Below, one piece after another: positions 41,613 through 50,271 of a stretch of 62,022 nucleotides of DNA (position 1 is the first letter of the stretch; the number at the start of each line of letters is the position of its first letter). Source of the DNA: Nitrospirota bacterium (GTDB lineage Bacteria > Nitrospirota > Thermodesulfovibrionia > Thermodesulfovibrionales > JdFR-86); the NCBI GenBank assembly GCA_016207905.1, contig JACQZC010000084.1, positions 1 through 62,022 of the forward strand, read 5' to 3'. Under the pieces are notes generated by a model, which was not told the origin of the DNA, ran no database searches, and saw only the letters and a program-made list of their open reading frames with translations. The position numbers were made by a program, and so were the translations under genes.

Positions 41613-43028
41613 GTGACCAAACAAATGTTGACTGCGACATCTATAAAACTTAATGACATTGACAAGCTTAACAGGGAAGCCGAACTACAATGGGCGACCA
41701 GAATTCAGATTGATAGCTCACTCACGCGCGCACTTGTGAGTTTTCAGGCTAATAAAGGCAAAGCGGTTTATCGTTGGTTCAAATACAAGGAAGCATTTTT
41801 TGCTGACCTCATTGAGCATTTGTTAAGGAGACATCGAATTACAAGTGGCATTGTGCTCGACCCATTTGCAGGCAGTGGGACGGCATTATTTGTAGCGGGT
41901 GGGCTTGGAATGAGTGCCGAAGGCGTTGAGTTACTTCCGATAGGCCGTACTATCATCAAGACGAGGCAGATCATTGAAGATGGGTTGGAAGATAAGGTTA
42001 TCGAGCGGTTAGTCTCTTGGCGCGACACATGTCTTTGGCGTCAAATCACGATGGAGAAGCCTATTATTGAACTTCGTATTACTCGCGGTGCATATCCGGC
42101 AGAGACGCTTGGGGCGATAGGGCGTTTCCTCAAGGCGGCGGAACAAGAGGAAGAAAGAATAAAGGCTATCCTGCTATTTGCTTTGCTATGCGTTCTTGAG
42201 AATGTCAGCTACACACGAAAAGACGGGCAATATCTCCGATGGGACTACCGCGCCGGGCGACGCCAAGGAAAGAAGTTTTTCGACAAAGGCGAGATTTTGA
42301 GTTTCGACAGGGCCATAACATCTAAACTACATGAAATCGTTACCGATTTGCGTTCTGCTGAACTGCCTGAAGATTTATTTGCTACAACTCGCTCTAAGGC
42401 AGATGTCCGTCTTTACGGTGGCTCTTGCTTGGAAATCTTGCCTCATCTCTCAACCGAATCCTATGATTGCCTGATTACCTCACCGCCCTATTGTAATCGC
42501 TACGATTACACACGCACTTACGCTCTGGAACTCGCGCTACTTGGCGTTGATGAGGGAGAACTGCTCAAACTCAGGCAAGAAATGTTAAGTTGCACTGTTG
42601 AAAACCGAGCCAAAGACCTTCTGGTACTGAATCCAAAATGGAAACAAGCCATTCTTGCTGCTGACCAACAAACGCTACTGCAAAACATCCTCGAATACTT
42701 AGATTCGCAAAAGAATCTCGGCCTGCTCAACAATAATGGAATCCCTCGGATGGTGCGCGGCTACTTTTATGAGATGGCTTGCGTTATTTTTGAGTCAGCG
42801 AGAGTACTGAAGAGAGGAGCGCCACTCATCATGGTCAACGACAACGTGCGATACGCTGGAGCTAGTATAGCCGTAGACATCATTCTTTCGGAAATTGCCG
42901 AGCAGTTGGGTTTTAGGACAGAGCAGATTCTGGCACTTCCGAACGGCAAAGGAAACAGCAGCCAGCAAATGGGCGCGCATGGACGCGAAGCACTGCGCAA
43001 ATGCGTATATGTCTGGCGAAAGGAATAA
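41613..43028 (+). CDS. DNA methyltransferase (motif I then motif IV order; N6-A or N4-C)
   Basis: 471 aa. LDPFAGSGTALF (motif I) near the N-terminus and ITSPPYCNRYDY (motif IV) about 200 aa later. Visibly GC-richer than the flanks. GTG 41613 or ATG 41625 start. Confidence 0.85.
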   Translation: MTKQMLTATSIKLNDIDKLNREAELQWATRIQIDSSLTRALVSFQANKGKAVYRWFKYKEAFFADLIEHLLRRHRITSGIVLDPFAGSGTALFVAGGLGMSAEGVELLPIGRTIIKTRQIIEDGLEDKVIERLVSWRDTCLWRQITMEKPIIELRITRGAYPAETLGAIGRFLKAAEQEEERIKAILLFALLCVLENVSYTRKDGQYLRWDYRAGRRQGKKFFDKGEILSFDRAITSKLHEIVTDLRSAELPEDLFATTRSKADVRLYGGSCLEILPHLSTESYDCLITSPPYCNRYDYTRTYALELALLGVDEGELLKLRQEMLSCTVENRAKDLLVLNPKWKQAILAADQQTLLQNILEYLDSQKNLGLLNNNGIPRMVRGYFYEMACVIFESARVLKRGAPLIMVNDNVRYAGASIAVDIILSEIAEQLGFRTEQILALPNGKGNSSQQMGAHGREALRKCVYVWRKE

Positions 43029-43031
43029 CGA

Positions 43032-43985
43032 ATGGCGAAGCCATATTTACAACACTTAAAATCCAGTAAGAGTCTTGAGACCAGCTATGAGGCAGTGCGA
43101 GCAGGTTTCGTTGCCCTTGCACTTGAAAAAAATCGACGTGCAACGCCGTTTGTCGCTCAGGCACGTGCTTTGAAGGCTGCCGCGAGCAAAGCCAAATCGG
43201 CCGATGATCTTCTAAAGATTCAAGAGATTCAACCTGCATTGCTGACGGCAGCTGGAGTATCGGACAAAGCGATAAACCATCTGCAAGATTCTGATAAGCA
43301 TGAAGCCGTCGGTGGCCTTATCAAGAACTTTCTTGAACCAGCAGGCACTAATTTTGTCGAGGAACTTGTCTTTCGCTTCCTTCTAACTCGCGGCGACACC
43401 CTCGGCGATTCTATGCGAAATATCGGTGGCTTTATAGCGCAAAAGAAGATTACACGGGCTATTATTGCTTACTTAAAACTTACTGAACATAAATGTCAAT
43501 GGCTTCCCAATAAAACCACCTCATGGACTGAGTTGCCGAAGGATGATGCCGATATTGAGTTGTCGTTAAGGGGTCTTAGCTGGAATACTGGCAATGGGCC
43601 GCGTACACTCTTTTATAATGTAACTGTTCCGCTTTTCAAAAACAATGTTGATTTGGTTCTCTTCAACTGTTCCGCCCAAGACCTGACGCGTGAAATCATC
43701 AAAACGCCTTCCGCTTACATCGCACTTGGAGAACTCAAAGGAGGCATTGACCCGGCAGGAGCGGATGAACATTGGAAAACGGCTCGCACTGCGCTCAACC
43801 GAATTCACGAGGCATTTTCAAAGAAGAAACTCAAACCGCATACCTTTTTCATCGGAGCGGCCATTGAAACCAAGATGGCCGCGGAGATTTGGGAAATGCT
43901 CACCCAATCTATTTTGGAGAACGCCGCGAACCTTACCGACGAAGATCAGATTGCTTCTATTTCACAATGGCTATGTTCTATCTGA
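43032..43985 (+). CDS. Candidate type II restriction endonuclease (partner of the 41613 MTase)
   Basis: 317 aa. Starts 3 nt after the MTase stop. Possible nuclease core ...VDLVLF...ALGELKGG (D...ExK-like). No family recognised. Confidence 0.45.
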   Translation: MAKPYLQHLKSSKSLETSYEAVRAGFVALALEKNRRATPFVAQARALKAAASKAKSADDLLKIQEIQPALLTAAGVSDKAINHLQDSDKHEAVGGLIKNFLEPAGTNFVEELVFRFLLTRGDTLGDSMRNIGGFIAQKKITRAIIAYLKLTEHKCQWLPNKTTSWTELPKDDADIELSLRGLSWNTGNGPRTLFYNVTVPLFKNNVDLVLFNCSAQDLTREIIKTPSAYIALGELKGGIDPAGADEHWKTARTALNRIHEAFSKKKLKPHTFFIGAAIETKMAAEIWEMLTQSILENAANLTDEDQIASISQWLCSI

Positions 43986-44060
43986 GGTATATCTGGAAAC
44001 TATACTCAACACGGCAGTTGAAGGAACGCCACTAATAGTGAGCATATTTAAAAACCCACC

Positions 44061-44153
44061 GATCCCCCCTTACCCCCTTTTCATGGGTGCATTCTTTTGG
44101 TTACTTTTCTTGGGCATGAAGAAAAGCAACTGGGGTTTGGGGTGAAACCCCAA
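44061..44153. repeat. REP-like repeats downstream of the R-M-like pair
   Basis: gatccccccttaccccctttt resembles the arm of the tgt-internal repeat. ggggtttggggtgaaaccccaaat is the inverted copy of 22861-22883. Confidence 0.6.
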
Positions 44154-44205
44154 ATAAGAAATGAATTTACACAAAATAATTGATATTACCCCACATAATT
44201 TTTTC

Positions 44206-44234
44206 TTGACAATTCTGGTTTTGATCGGTAAAAT
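44206..44234 (+). promoter_or_regulatory. Near-consensus sigma70 promoter for the tetR-tolC operon
   Basis: ttgaca, 17 nt, taaaat. Confidence 0.55.
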
Positions 44235-44243
44235 TGTAAGTAA

Positions 44244-44852
44244 GTGCTAACAAACAAAACTTCTATGAAAAGAAAAGACACAAGACAGAGACTCATCGAT
44301 GCAGGGCTTAAGCTTTTCTCGGAAAGGGGCTACCTCGGTGCCGTAACAAAGGACATTGCCAAAGAGGCAGGCATAGCAGAGGTTACGCTTTTCAGATATT
44401 TCCCTTCGAAGGAGAGCCTTCTCGAAGAGGTCATAAAGACATATTCTTTTCTTCCTGCCCTTAAAGGTCTTCTCAGAGAAATAGATGCCCTTCCATATAA
44501 GGATGCACTTACAAAGATTGCAGAAAGGTTTCTTAGCACCCTATCGGAAAGAAAAGAGCTCATCAGGATAATGCACTCCGAGATTCCAAAGTATCCATCT
44601 AAGACAAGGCAGATATACCATGGCTTGATTAATGAAACCTTCACTACCCTTGCCTCTTATTTCAGCGAGCAAGAGAAAAAGGGCGTCCTGAGACGGTTCG
44701 AGCCAAGATACGGAGCAAGGGCATTCCTCGGAATGTTCTTTTCCCTTTTTACCTCACAGGAGTTAATGCTGAGGAAAAAATTAAGCAAGCAGGAATCCAA
44801 AAAGATTATAGCGGAGCTTGTAGAGATATTTGCAAAGGGGACATTGAAATGA
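44244..44852 (+). CDS. TetR/AcrR-family transcriptional regulator
   Basis: N-terminal HTH RQRLIDAGLKLFSERGYLGAVTKDIAKEAGIAEVTLFRYF. The start may be ATG 44265. Confidence 0.9.
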   Translation: MLTNKTSMKRKDTRQRLIDAGLKLFSERGYLGAVTKDIAKEAGIAEVTLFRYFPSKESLLEEVIKTYSFLPALKGLLREIDALPYKDALTKIAERFLSTLSERKELIRIMHSEIPKYPSKTRQIYHGLINETFTTLASYFSEQEKKGVLRRFEPRYGARAFLGMFFSLFTSQELMLRKKLSKQESKKIIAELVEIFAKGTLK

Positions 44853-46156
44853 AAAAGGCAATCGGGTTTTTATGTCTATTTCTCTTTATTTATCAGGGCA
44901 TCTCATCTGCTGAGGAGTATACCCTCAAGGACATTTTTTCACTTGCCCTTCAGCGCTCCGAGCAGATAAGGATTTCCGAGGAAGAATTCCGCATCTCAGA
45001 GGCAGGAAAGGATAAGGCATCTTCTTTTCTTATTCCAAAGCTCTCTTTATTCGGAGAACTCAGAAGATACAAAGAGGGGAAGGTCATACCCGGTGGTCAG
45101 ATTCTTCAGCCTGAAACATCCTCGCTATGGGGGATAAGGCTTGACCAGTCCATTTCCATAGGAGGCAATGAGTTTATATCGCTGGGGATTTCTAAGGACA
45201 ATATAGAGAAAAACCGTTATGAGATTTATCGCATCAAAGAGGAATATCTTTATGGTGTTGCGGTGCAATACTACAATGTGCTTAGTGCCGAAAGGGCATT
45301 GGAGATTGGCCAGTCAAATGTTGCCCGTCTAAAGAGTCACAGGGATGCTGCGGCTTTAAGACTCAAGGTGGGTGAGGTAACAAAGACAGTGCTACTAAGG
45401 GCAGAGGCAGAGCTCGAGGGCGCTTATTCGGACCTTGTGCGCATGCAAAACAACCTCGCCATTGCAAAGGTTACCTTAATCAGACTTGTGGGGGTAAATG
45501 AGGATTTTACCCTCAAGGAATCCGAGGATGAACTGGCAGAGACCCTGTCAATAGAGGCATTAAAAGAAATAGCATATGCCGAAAGGCCTGAGCTCAGAGG
45601 CATTATGATTCAGAATGAGATTGCCAAAAAGCAGGTCAGATATTCGAGAGGCTTTTTCTTACCCACCGTGTCGGTGGAGGCAGTCTTTACTCAAAGGGAC
45701 GATGAACCTGAATCGGATTTGTTTATGGAGGAGAGTTTCTATGGAGGCATAAAGCTGAGTTTCCCATTTTTTGAGGGAGGACTAAGAAAGGCAGAGCTCA
45801 GGGAATCTCTGTCCAGACTGAGACAGGCAGAGCTTGCCATTTCAGACATTAAAAAGACTATCGAGGTCGAGGTTCAGAGTGCTTATTTAGATGTTATTGC
45901 AAATCAGGCAGTTATCGAAAAGCTCGATGCCCAACTGAATTATGCAAAGGAAAATTATGGGGCAGTCTCAAAACAATTTGACTACGGCTTGGCAACGAGC
46001 CTCGATGTAATGGATGCCAATAATCTTCTTACTACCACTGAAAAACAGCTATCCGATGAGAAGGCAACCTATAGGTTATCCCTGCTCAGGCTTAAAAAGG
46101 CAACTGGAACACTCGTTAAATCGGTGCTTGGAGAAAATAAAGGAGGAATTCAGTGA
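44849..46156 (+). CDS. TolC-family outer-membrane efflux protein
   Basis: 435 aa. Signal peptide and duplicated coiled-coil/beta-barrel repeat pattern. Confidence 0.85.
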   Translation: MKKAIGFLCLFLFIYQGISSAEEYTLKDIFSLALQRSEQIRISEEEFRISEAGKDKASSFLIPKLSLFGELRRYKEGKVIPGGQILQPETSSLWGIRLDQSISIGGNEFISLGISKDNIEKNRYEIYRIKEEYLYGVAVQYYNVLSAERALEIGQSNVARLKSHRDAAALRLKVGEVTKTVLLRAEAELEGAYSDLVRMQNNLAIAKVTLIRLVGVNEDFTLKESEDELAETLSIEALKEIAYAERPELRGIMIQNEIAKKQVRYSRGFFLPTVSVEAVFTQRDDEPESDLFMEESFYGGIKLSFPFFEGGLRKAELRESLSRLRQAELAISDIKKTIEVEVQSAYLDVIANQAVIEKLDAQLNYAKENYGAVSKQFDYGLATSLDVMDANNLLTTTEKQLSDEKATYRLSLLRLKKATGTLVKSVLGENKGGIQ

Positions 46157-46646
46157 GTCCAACCGTTCAAAGGGGCATCTCGGTTTTGGTATCTATATTT
46201 GTGCTTTTGTTCGTAGGGGGCTGTAAGGAAAAAGAGGCACGAAAGCCCAAGGAAAAGGTTATTAGGGTAGAGGTTCGGGAAGTATCTAAAAAGGCACTGA
46301 AGCCATATATCGAGGCAGTCGGGACATTGGATGCCTACGATGAGGTGATTGTTAGTGCAGAGGCCGAGGGCATACTCAAATCCGTTAAAGTGAAGGAGGG
46401 CTCGCATGTCAGAAATGGCCAGCTCATTGCAGGTATTCAGGATGTGGAGTTTGACCTTGAGGTAAAACGGGGAGAGGCAAGCCTCAAGCAGGCTCAAGCA
46501 AGCCTACTTAATATCCAGCTTGAATACGAAAGAAAATCTGCCCTTATCAAAGACGAGCTTATTACGAAACAGCAGTTTGACGATGTCTCCACGCGCCTTG
46601 CCCTGGCACAGGCATAGGTTGACAGTGCAAAAGCCACGCTTCAGCT
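46153..46646 (+). pseudogene. Efflux adaptor (MFP) N-terminal remnant with in-frame TAG
   Basis: Lipobox FVGGC and the MFP lipoyl/hairpin start. TAG at 46615-46617 interrupts ...RLALAQA*VDSAKATLQL. Homology ends near 46646. Confidence 0.75.
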
Positions 46647-46978
46647 TCATCGGATTAATCCTTCTCATGGGACTTGTCAAGAAAAACGCAATACTCATCG
46701 TAGACTACACAAACACATTAAGGAGTCGTGGTATCAGCCGAAGAGAGGCAATACTTCAGGCAGGCCCTGTAAGGCTAAGGCCTATCCTTATGACCACATT
46801 TGCAATAGTATTCGGAATGCTTCCCATTGCACTTGGAGTTGGAGAGGGTGCTGAGACACGGGCTCCGATGGCAGTGGCAACCATAGGCGGGCTTCTTACC
46901 TCTTTATTTCTTACATTAGTTGTGGTGCCGGTTGCTTATGATTTATTAGATGAAATAAAGGAGCGAAATTCTTTATAA
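46640..46978 (+). pseudogene. RND permease (AcrB-like) C-terminal remnant
   Basis: FSFIGLILLMGLVKKNAILIVDY...RLRPILMTTFAIVFGMLPIAL...VVVPVAY is only the last TM helices (about 112 aa) of a roughly 1000-aa pump. It is in a different frame from the MFP remnant. Confidence 0.8.
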
Positions 46979-46992
46979 TATTAAACTCTTCT

Positions 46993-47079
46993 GGAGGGGT
47001 GGCCGAGTGGTTGAAGGCGACGGTCTTGAAAATCGTTGTAGGGGCAACTCTACCGTGAGTTCGAATCTCACCCCCTCCG
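46993..47079 (+). tRNA. tRNA-Ser (anticodon UGA)
   Basis: Acceptor ggagggg/cccctcc, anticodon loop ctTGAaa, long variable arm, T-arm gtgag-ttcgaat-ctcac, discriminator G. Confidence 0.9.
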
Positions 47080-47095
47080 TTTTAATTAAGAATAA

Positions 47096-47416
47096 GTGAT
47101 AAATATTAACGATATAATAGAGTCTATCAGAAATGGTAAAATTAGAATAACAGACCATGCTGATGAAGAAGCACAGGCTGACAATCTTTCTTTTAAGGAG
47201 ATACTAAGCTCGGTGCAGATAGGTGAAATAATAGAGCAATATCCAAAAGATAAACCATATCCAAGCTGTTTGATTTTAGGAAGGAATCTTAGAAACGAGC
47301 CAATTCATAGTGTATGGGCTTATAATTCGGAAACCGAGGCAAGCGTTTTAATAACAGTATATCGTCCAGACCCACTGAGGTGGATGGAAGACTTCAAGAC
47401 AAGGAGGAAACAATGA
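47096..47416 (+). CDS. DUF4258-family putative toxin
   Basis: 106 aa. ITDHADEE...GEIIEQYPKDKPYPSCLILG...PIHSVWAY...ITVYRPDP pattern. Confidence 0.7.
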   Translation: MININDIIESIRNGKIRITDHADEEAQADNLSFKEILSSVQIGEIIEQYPKDKPYPSCLILGRNLRNEPIHSVWAYNSETEASVLITVYRPDPLRWMEDFKTRRKQ

Positions 47417-47661
47417 GACTTTTTAAAAAGTGCCCTCTCTGTGAAGGCGAGCTTGTAGATAAAGAGGTTGAAAAACTCCTTAAAGGTAATGGAAATACTG
47501 CTATTGTCAGAGTAAAAGCAGAAGCATGTATCCATTGTGGAGAAAGGCTATATTCTCCTGAAGTGGTGGAAAAGTTTGAGGTCATAAGAAAGAAACTCAA
47601 AGAAGGAAAAACAGAAGATTTCATTACAATTGGCAAAAGCTATCAGGTTGTTACAGATTAA
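47413..47661 (+). CDS. YgiT/MqsA-type zinc-finger protein (putative antitoxin)
   Basis: CPLCEG...CIHCGE zinc ribbon. ATGA overlap with the DUF4258 gene. Start trimmed to Met12 of the track ORF. Confidence 0.7.
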   Translation: MRLFKKCPLCEGELVDKEVEKLLKGNGNTAIVRVKAEACIHCGERLYSPEVVEKFEVIRKKLKEGKTEDFITIGKSYQVVTD

Positions 47662-47665
47662 ACTG

Positions 47666-47871
47666 TGAATAAGTTCAGATACATATGAGACAAAATGCGT
47701 CAATTAAATCACCCTCCCCTAACCCCTCCCATCAAGGGAGGGGTCGATAAAGCAAATCGCATTTTTTCCTTACAGGACAGGTCTTTACTCCTTTTAATTA
47801 CCCTCTCCCCTTGTGGGAGAGGGTCAGGGTGAGGGGGATATAACTTGTCTCATATGTGTTGAACCCATACA
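47666..47871 (+). repeat. MITE-like repeat element, copy C (full length, ~206 bp)
   Basis: Same termini and internal palindromes as copies A and B. Carries a roughly 25-nt segment (aaaatgcgtcaattaaatca) shared with copy A but absent from copy B. Confidence 0.8.
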
Positions 47872-48034
47872 AACTGTTGGCAAAAGATTCAAAATAGTGT
47901 AAGTTATTATTGGTAATCAACTATGGGGAATATAGAGCGTTTCCTGACTAATATACAAATTCCGATATTATCGGGACGGTTTCCGTCTAATAACTGGTTA
48001 TACGCATAAATGAGAATAATATAGAGGCATCAAA

Positions 48035-48769
48035 TTGACAAAAGTAGAACAAGACCAACTTGCTAATAGATCTAATGATGAACAGGAAATAGCTGTTCAT
48101 CTGAAAGAATACGAAATGCTTGCGGCATCAATAAGAACGGACATAGCACGTATAGACAAAATAATTGGAATTTATGCCATCGCTGTTTTTGGTATTATCG
48201 GTTTCTTTTTGAAAACTGCAAATTTCAATGAATTCATAAAGAACATTGATGAACAGACTGAATTGATCGGATTAGTTCTTGCTATTCCTATAATAAATGC
48301 GATCCTTTTAATTCATGCTGTTTCTTCTTTTCAAGTCATACTTGTTAAGGCTCGTTGTGCAACTTATGTAATTGGCGAGCGGTTATGCAGTCTTCTTCAG
48401 CGGGATGTTTTATTATTTGATAAAATTTATGATCTGGATAAGCAAGCTTGGCTCAACCAGAGAACTACCGTCGGCATATTTTACTGCCTTCTTTCTTCTG
48501 CCATTTCCCTTCTTATACTTTATCGGTATTCTTATGTATTACTGCTTTCACGGGGTATTTCCGTTTTTATACTATGGATTATAAGTTGCTTCACTGTTTC
48601 TTTATCTCTTTCTTTTCTTGCAAGACATCAATTTATCAATAAACATTTTGCAACTCTTCATAAGACACCAATTAGAGAGCCTTTTCTTTTAAAGCTTTGG
48701 ATTCTTACAAGCTTATGTTTTATTGTTCTGTTTGGCTTATTTAGATTTTTTGGCTATAGGACATGTTGA
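48035..48769 (+). CDS. Polytopic membrane protein, unknown function (cassette-borne)
   Basis: 244 aa. TTG start, charged N-terminal helix then about 5-6 TM segments. Visibly AT-rich. attC begins 25 nt after the stop. Confidence 0.55.
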   Translation: MTKVEQDQLANRSNDEQEIAVHLKEYEMLAASIRTDIARIDKIIGIYAIAVFGIIGFFLKTANFNEFIKNIDEQTELIGLVLAIPIINAILLIHAVSSFQVILVKARCATYVIGERLCSLLQRDVLLFDKIYDLDKQAWLNQRTTVGIFYCLLSSAISLLILYRYSYVLLLSRGISVFILWIISCFTVSLSLSFLARHQFINKHFATLHKTPIREPFLLKLWILTSLCFIVLFGLFRFFGYRTC

Positions 48770-48793
48770 TCTGATATAAAAATGAAAAACAAT

Positions 48794-48881
48794 GCCTAAC
48801 AAAAAAATCAACCCGACTGGTGATAAGCCTGTTTTGGTTTTCAAAGGGCAGTTCACCATCGGGTTATTTATCTCGTTAGAC
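48794..48881 (+). repeat. Integron-type attC site 1
   Basis: R'' GCCTAAC ... R' GTTAGAC. Arms aaaaaaatcaacccgaCtggtga / tcaccatcgggttatttatctc pair with one bulged base. 88 bp. Confidence 0.75.
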
Positions 48882-48906
48882 AGAGATAATTATAAAGGAG
48901 GAAATT

Positions 48907-49122
48907 ATGAAGCAAAATAAGGAAGAAGTAGATCACTATCACGTCTCTTCCAAAACTTGGGGAGGGATTAGATCTATTGATATTTATTTAGATCACAAGC
49001 TGAGAGAAGCGCGTATCATCGATAGTTATAATTCTGAGAATCGTATTACAATTTCAGCAGATGATTGGAATAAGTTAATCAGCCAAATAAAGAAAAACCA
49101 AATTGGTAAAATAGGAGCTTAG
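48907..49122 (+). CDS. Small soluble protein, unknown function (cassette-borne)
   Basis: 71 aa. RBS aaaggagg 6 nt upstream. Followed 4 nt later by the next ORF. Confidence 0.5.
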   Translation: MKQNKEEVDHYHVSSKTWGGIRSIDIYLDHKLREARIIDSYNSENRITISADDWNKLISQIKKNQIGKIGA

Positions 49123-49126
49123 AGAG

Positions 49127-49579
49127 ATGGTCAGCTTAGCCATTGCATCTGGAAGTTTTCTATTGGTCTCTATTGTGACGTTTCTTAACTTTTATCGGCA
49201 GTCACCAACCTTAAGTAAAAAGAGAGATGAGGGAATCAATCGTATACTTAAAAATCACATTATGCATAATCCGCCTTTAACAGCCTCAGGACTTTTGAAT
49301 CTGCTTACAGATGAATTAGGTTTTCCACGCCTAAAACTTGTTTTGGCTGAGGTGGAGCCAAATGGTTTCAAGAAATCCATGATTTTCTTTGGAATCGCAA
49401 CCCTTATTGCATTACTCTCAATTATTTTGCCAGAAAATATTTTGACAATTTTACCATATAAATGGATTCCCGGGGTCATATGGTCTCTTATCTTCTCAGT
49501 TGGAATATTCTTTTTTATAGACGATTCCAGATTCTATTATCATCTTTACAAGATGGAACGACTAATAGACAATAAATGA
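49127..49579 (+). CDS. Membrane protein, unknown function (cassette-borne)
   Basis: 150 aa with about 3 TM segments. attC begins 17 nt after the stop. Confidence 0.5.
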   Translation: MVSLAIASGSFLLVSIVTFLNFYRQSPTLSKKRDEGINRILKNHIMHNPPLTASGLLNLLTDELGFPRLKLVLAEVEPNGFKKSMIFFGIATLIALLSIILPENILTILPYKWIPGVIWSLIFSVGIFFFIDDSRFYYHLYKMERLIDNK

Positions 49580-49595
49580 ATAAGGATATATGATT

Positions 49596-49684
49596 GTCTA
49601 ACGAATCACTCAAGCCGACCAGGAACAACGCTGGTTTGATTTTGGCAAAGGCTTGTGGCCGGGCGGCTTAGCTCATTGTTGAAC
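49596..49684 (+). repeat. Integron-type attC site 2
   Basis: GTCTAACGAATCACTCAAGCCGACC...GGCCGGGCGGCTTAGCTCATTGTTGAAC. Closely resembles the aadA1 59-be (GTCTAACAATTCGTTCAAGCCGAC...GCGGCTTAACTCAAGCGTTAGAT, recalled from memory). Confidence 0.8.
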
Positions 49685-49763
49685 CATAGTTTTTAGACAG
49701 GCTCTGTGTCTCTATTTATTTTCGATAGCTTGTCACAACCGTTTGATGTTAAAATAAAACTGT

Positions 49764-50006
49764 ATGAGTCCTTCAATTTTTAGGGAAAGGGGATACAGAT
49801 TTTATTTTCTTTCAAATGAAGAGGATAGAATCCATATCCATGTTACATGCGAGGACGGGGAGGCTAAGTTTTGGCTGGAACCCATAATATCATTAGCTAT
49901 ATCTCATGGGTTAAATCCAAGAAAGTTGAACGAAATTCAAAAAATCGTAGAGGAGCATAAAAATGAAATCATTAAAGCATGGCGAACACATTTCAGTAAG
50001 CGTTGA
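49764..50006 (+). CDS. DUF4160-family protein (TA-like pair with DUF2442)
   Basis: 80 aa. ...RIHIHVTCEDGEAKFWLEPI... pattern. Confidence 0.7.
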   Translation: MSPSIFRERGYRFYFLSNEEDRIHIHVTCEDGEAKFWLEPIISLAISHGLNPRKLNEIQKIVEEHKNEIIKAWRTHFSKR

Positions 50007-50271
50007 AAATATAACGCCTTTTGGTATCTGGCTGTATGTAAAAGAAAAAGAATATTTTCTAAGCTATAAGGACTATCCTTATTTTAAGGACCAGACATTG
50101 AGTTCCATACAAAATGTTCAATTACTTCATGGCTATCATTTGTATTGGCCTGAATTGGATGTTGACTTGGAAATTGACAATCTTGAAAATCCAGAAAAAT
50201 ACCCCCTAAAATTTGAATCAAAGAAACATCTAACGAGTCATTCAACGGGACGGCGAGTAGCCGCCCGTTAA
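49963..50271 (+). CDS. DUF2442-family protein
   Basis: 102 aa. ...IQNVQLLHGYHLYWPELDVDLEIDNL pattern. The C-terminal tail and stop codon lie inside attC 3. Confidence 0.7.
   Translation: MKSLKHGEHISVSVENITPFGIWLYVKEKEYFLSYKDYPYFKDQTLSSIQNVQLLHGYHLYWPELDVDLEIDNLENPEKYPLKFESKKHLTSHSTGRRVAAR

Noticed and set aside
41419-41640. 73-aa minus-strand ORF, and a plus-strand fragment ending ...QVEEFNRLLEIAGITLEISAENK, just upstream of the MTase gene.
   Set aside because: Neither has a recognisable family, RBS or convincing start. They may be remnants, but I cannot support a call.
43690-44145. 151-aa plus-strand ORF overlapping the end of the putative REase gene and running into REP repeats.
   Set aside because: It is out of frame with the better-supported 317-aa ORF, and its tail (...WGLG) is simply translated repeat sequence.
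46520-46639. The N-terminal 40 codons of track ORF 46520-46978 (MNTKENLPLSKTSLLRNSS...).
   Set aside because: This part is an out-of-frame reading of the adaptor-gene remnant. Only the portion from about 46640 resembles an RND pump, so the ORF is treated as a pseudogene fragment rather than a small gene.
47666-47871. Whether the MITE-like element is itself an attC site, since it ends in GTTGAAC.
   Set aside because: Its left end is GTTCAGA rather than RYYYAAC. It is about 200 bp with long terminal inverted repeats. Identical copies sit in ordinary intergenic regions far from the cassette array.
47985-48003. gtctaataac-tg-gttatac upstream of ORF 48035 as a collapsed attC or attI marking the left cassette boundary.
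   Set aside because: It is too short for an attC, GTTATAC deviates from GTTRRRY, and there is no adjacent intI. I cannot distinguish it from chance.
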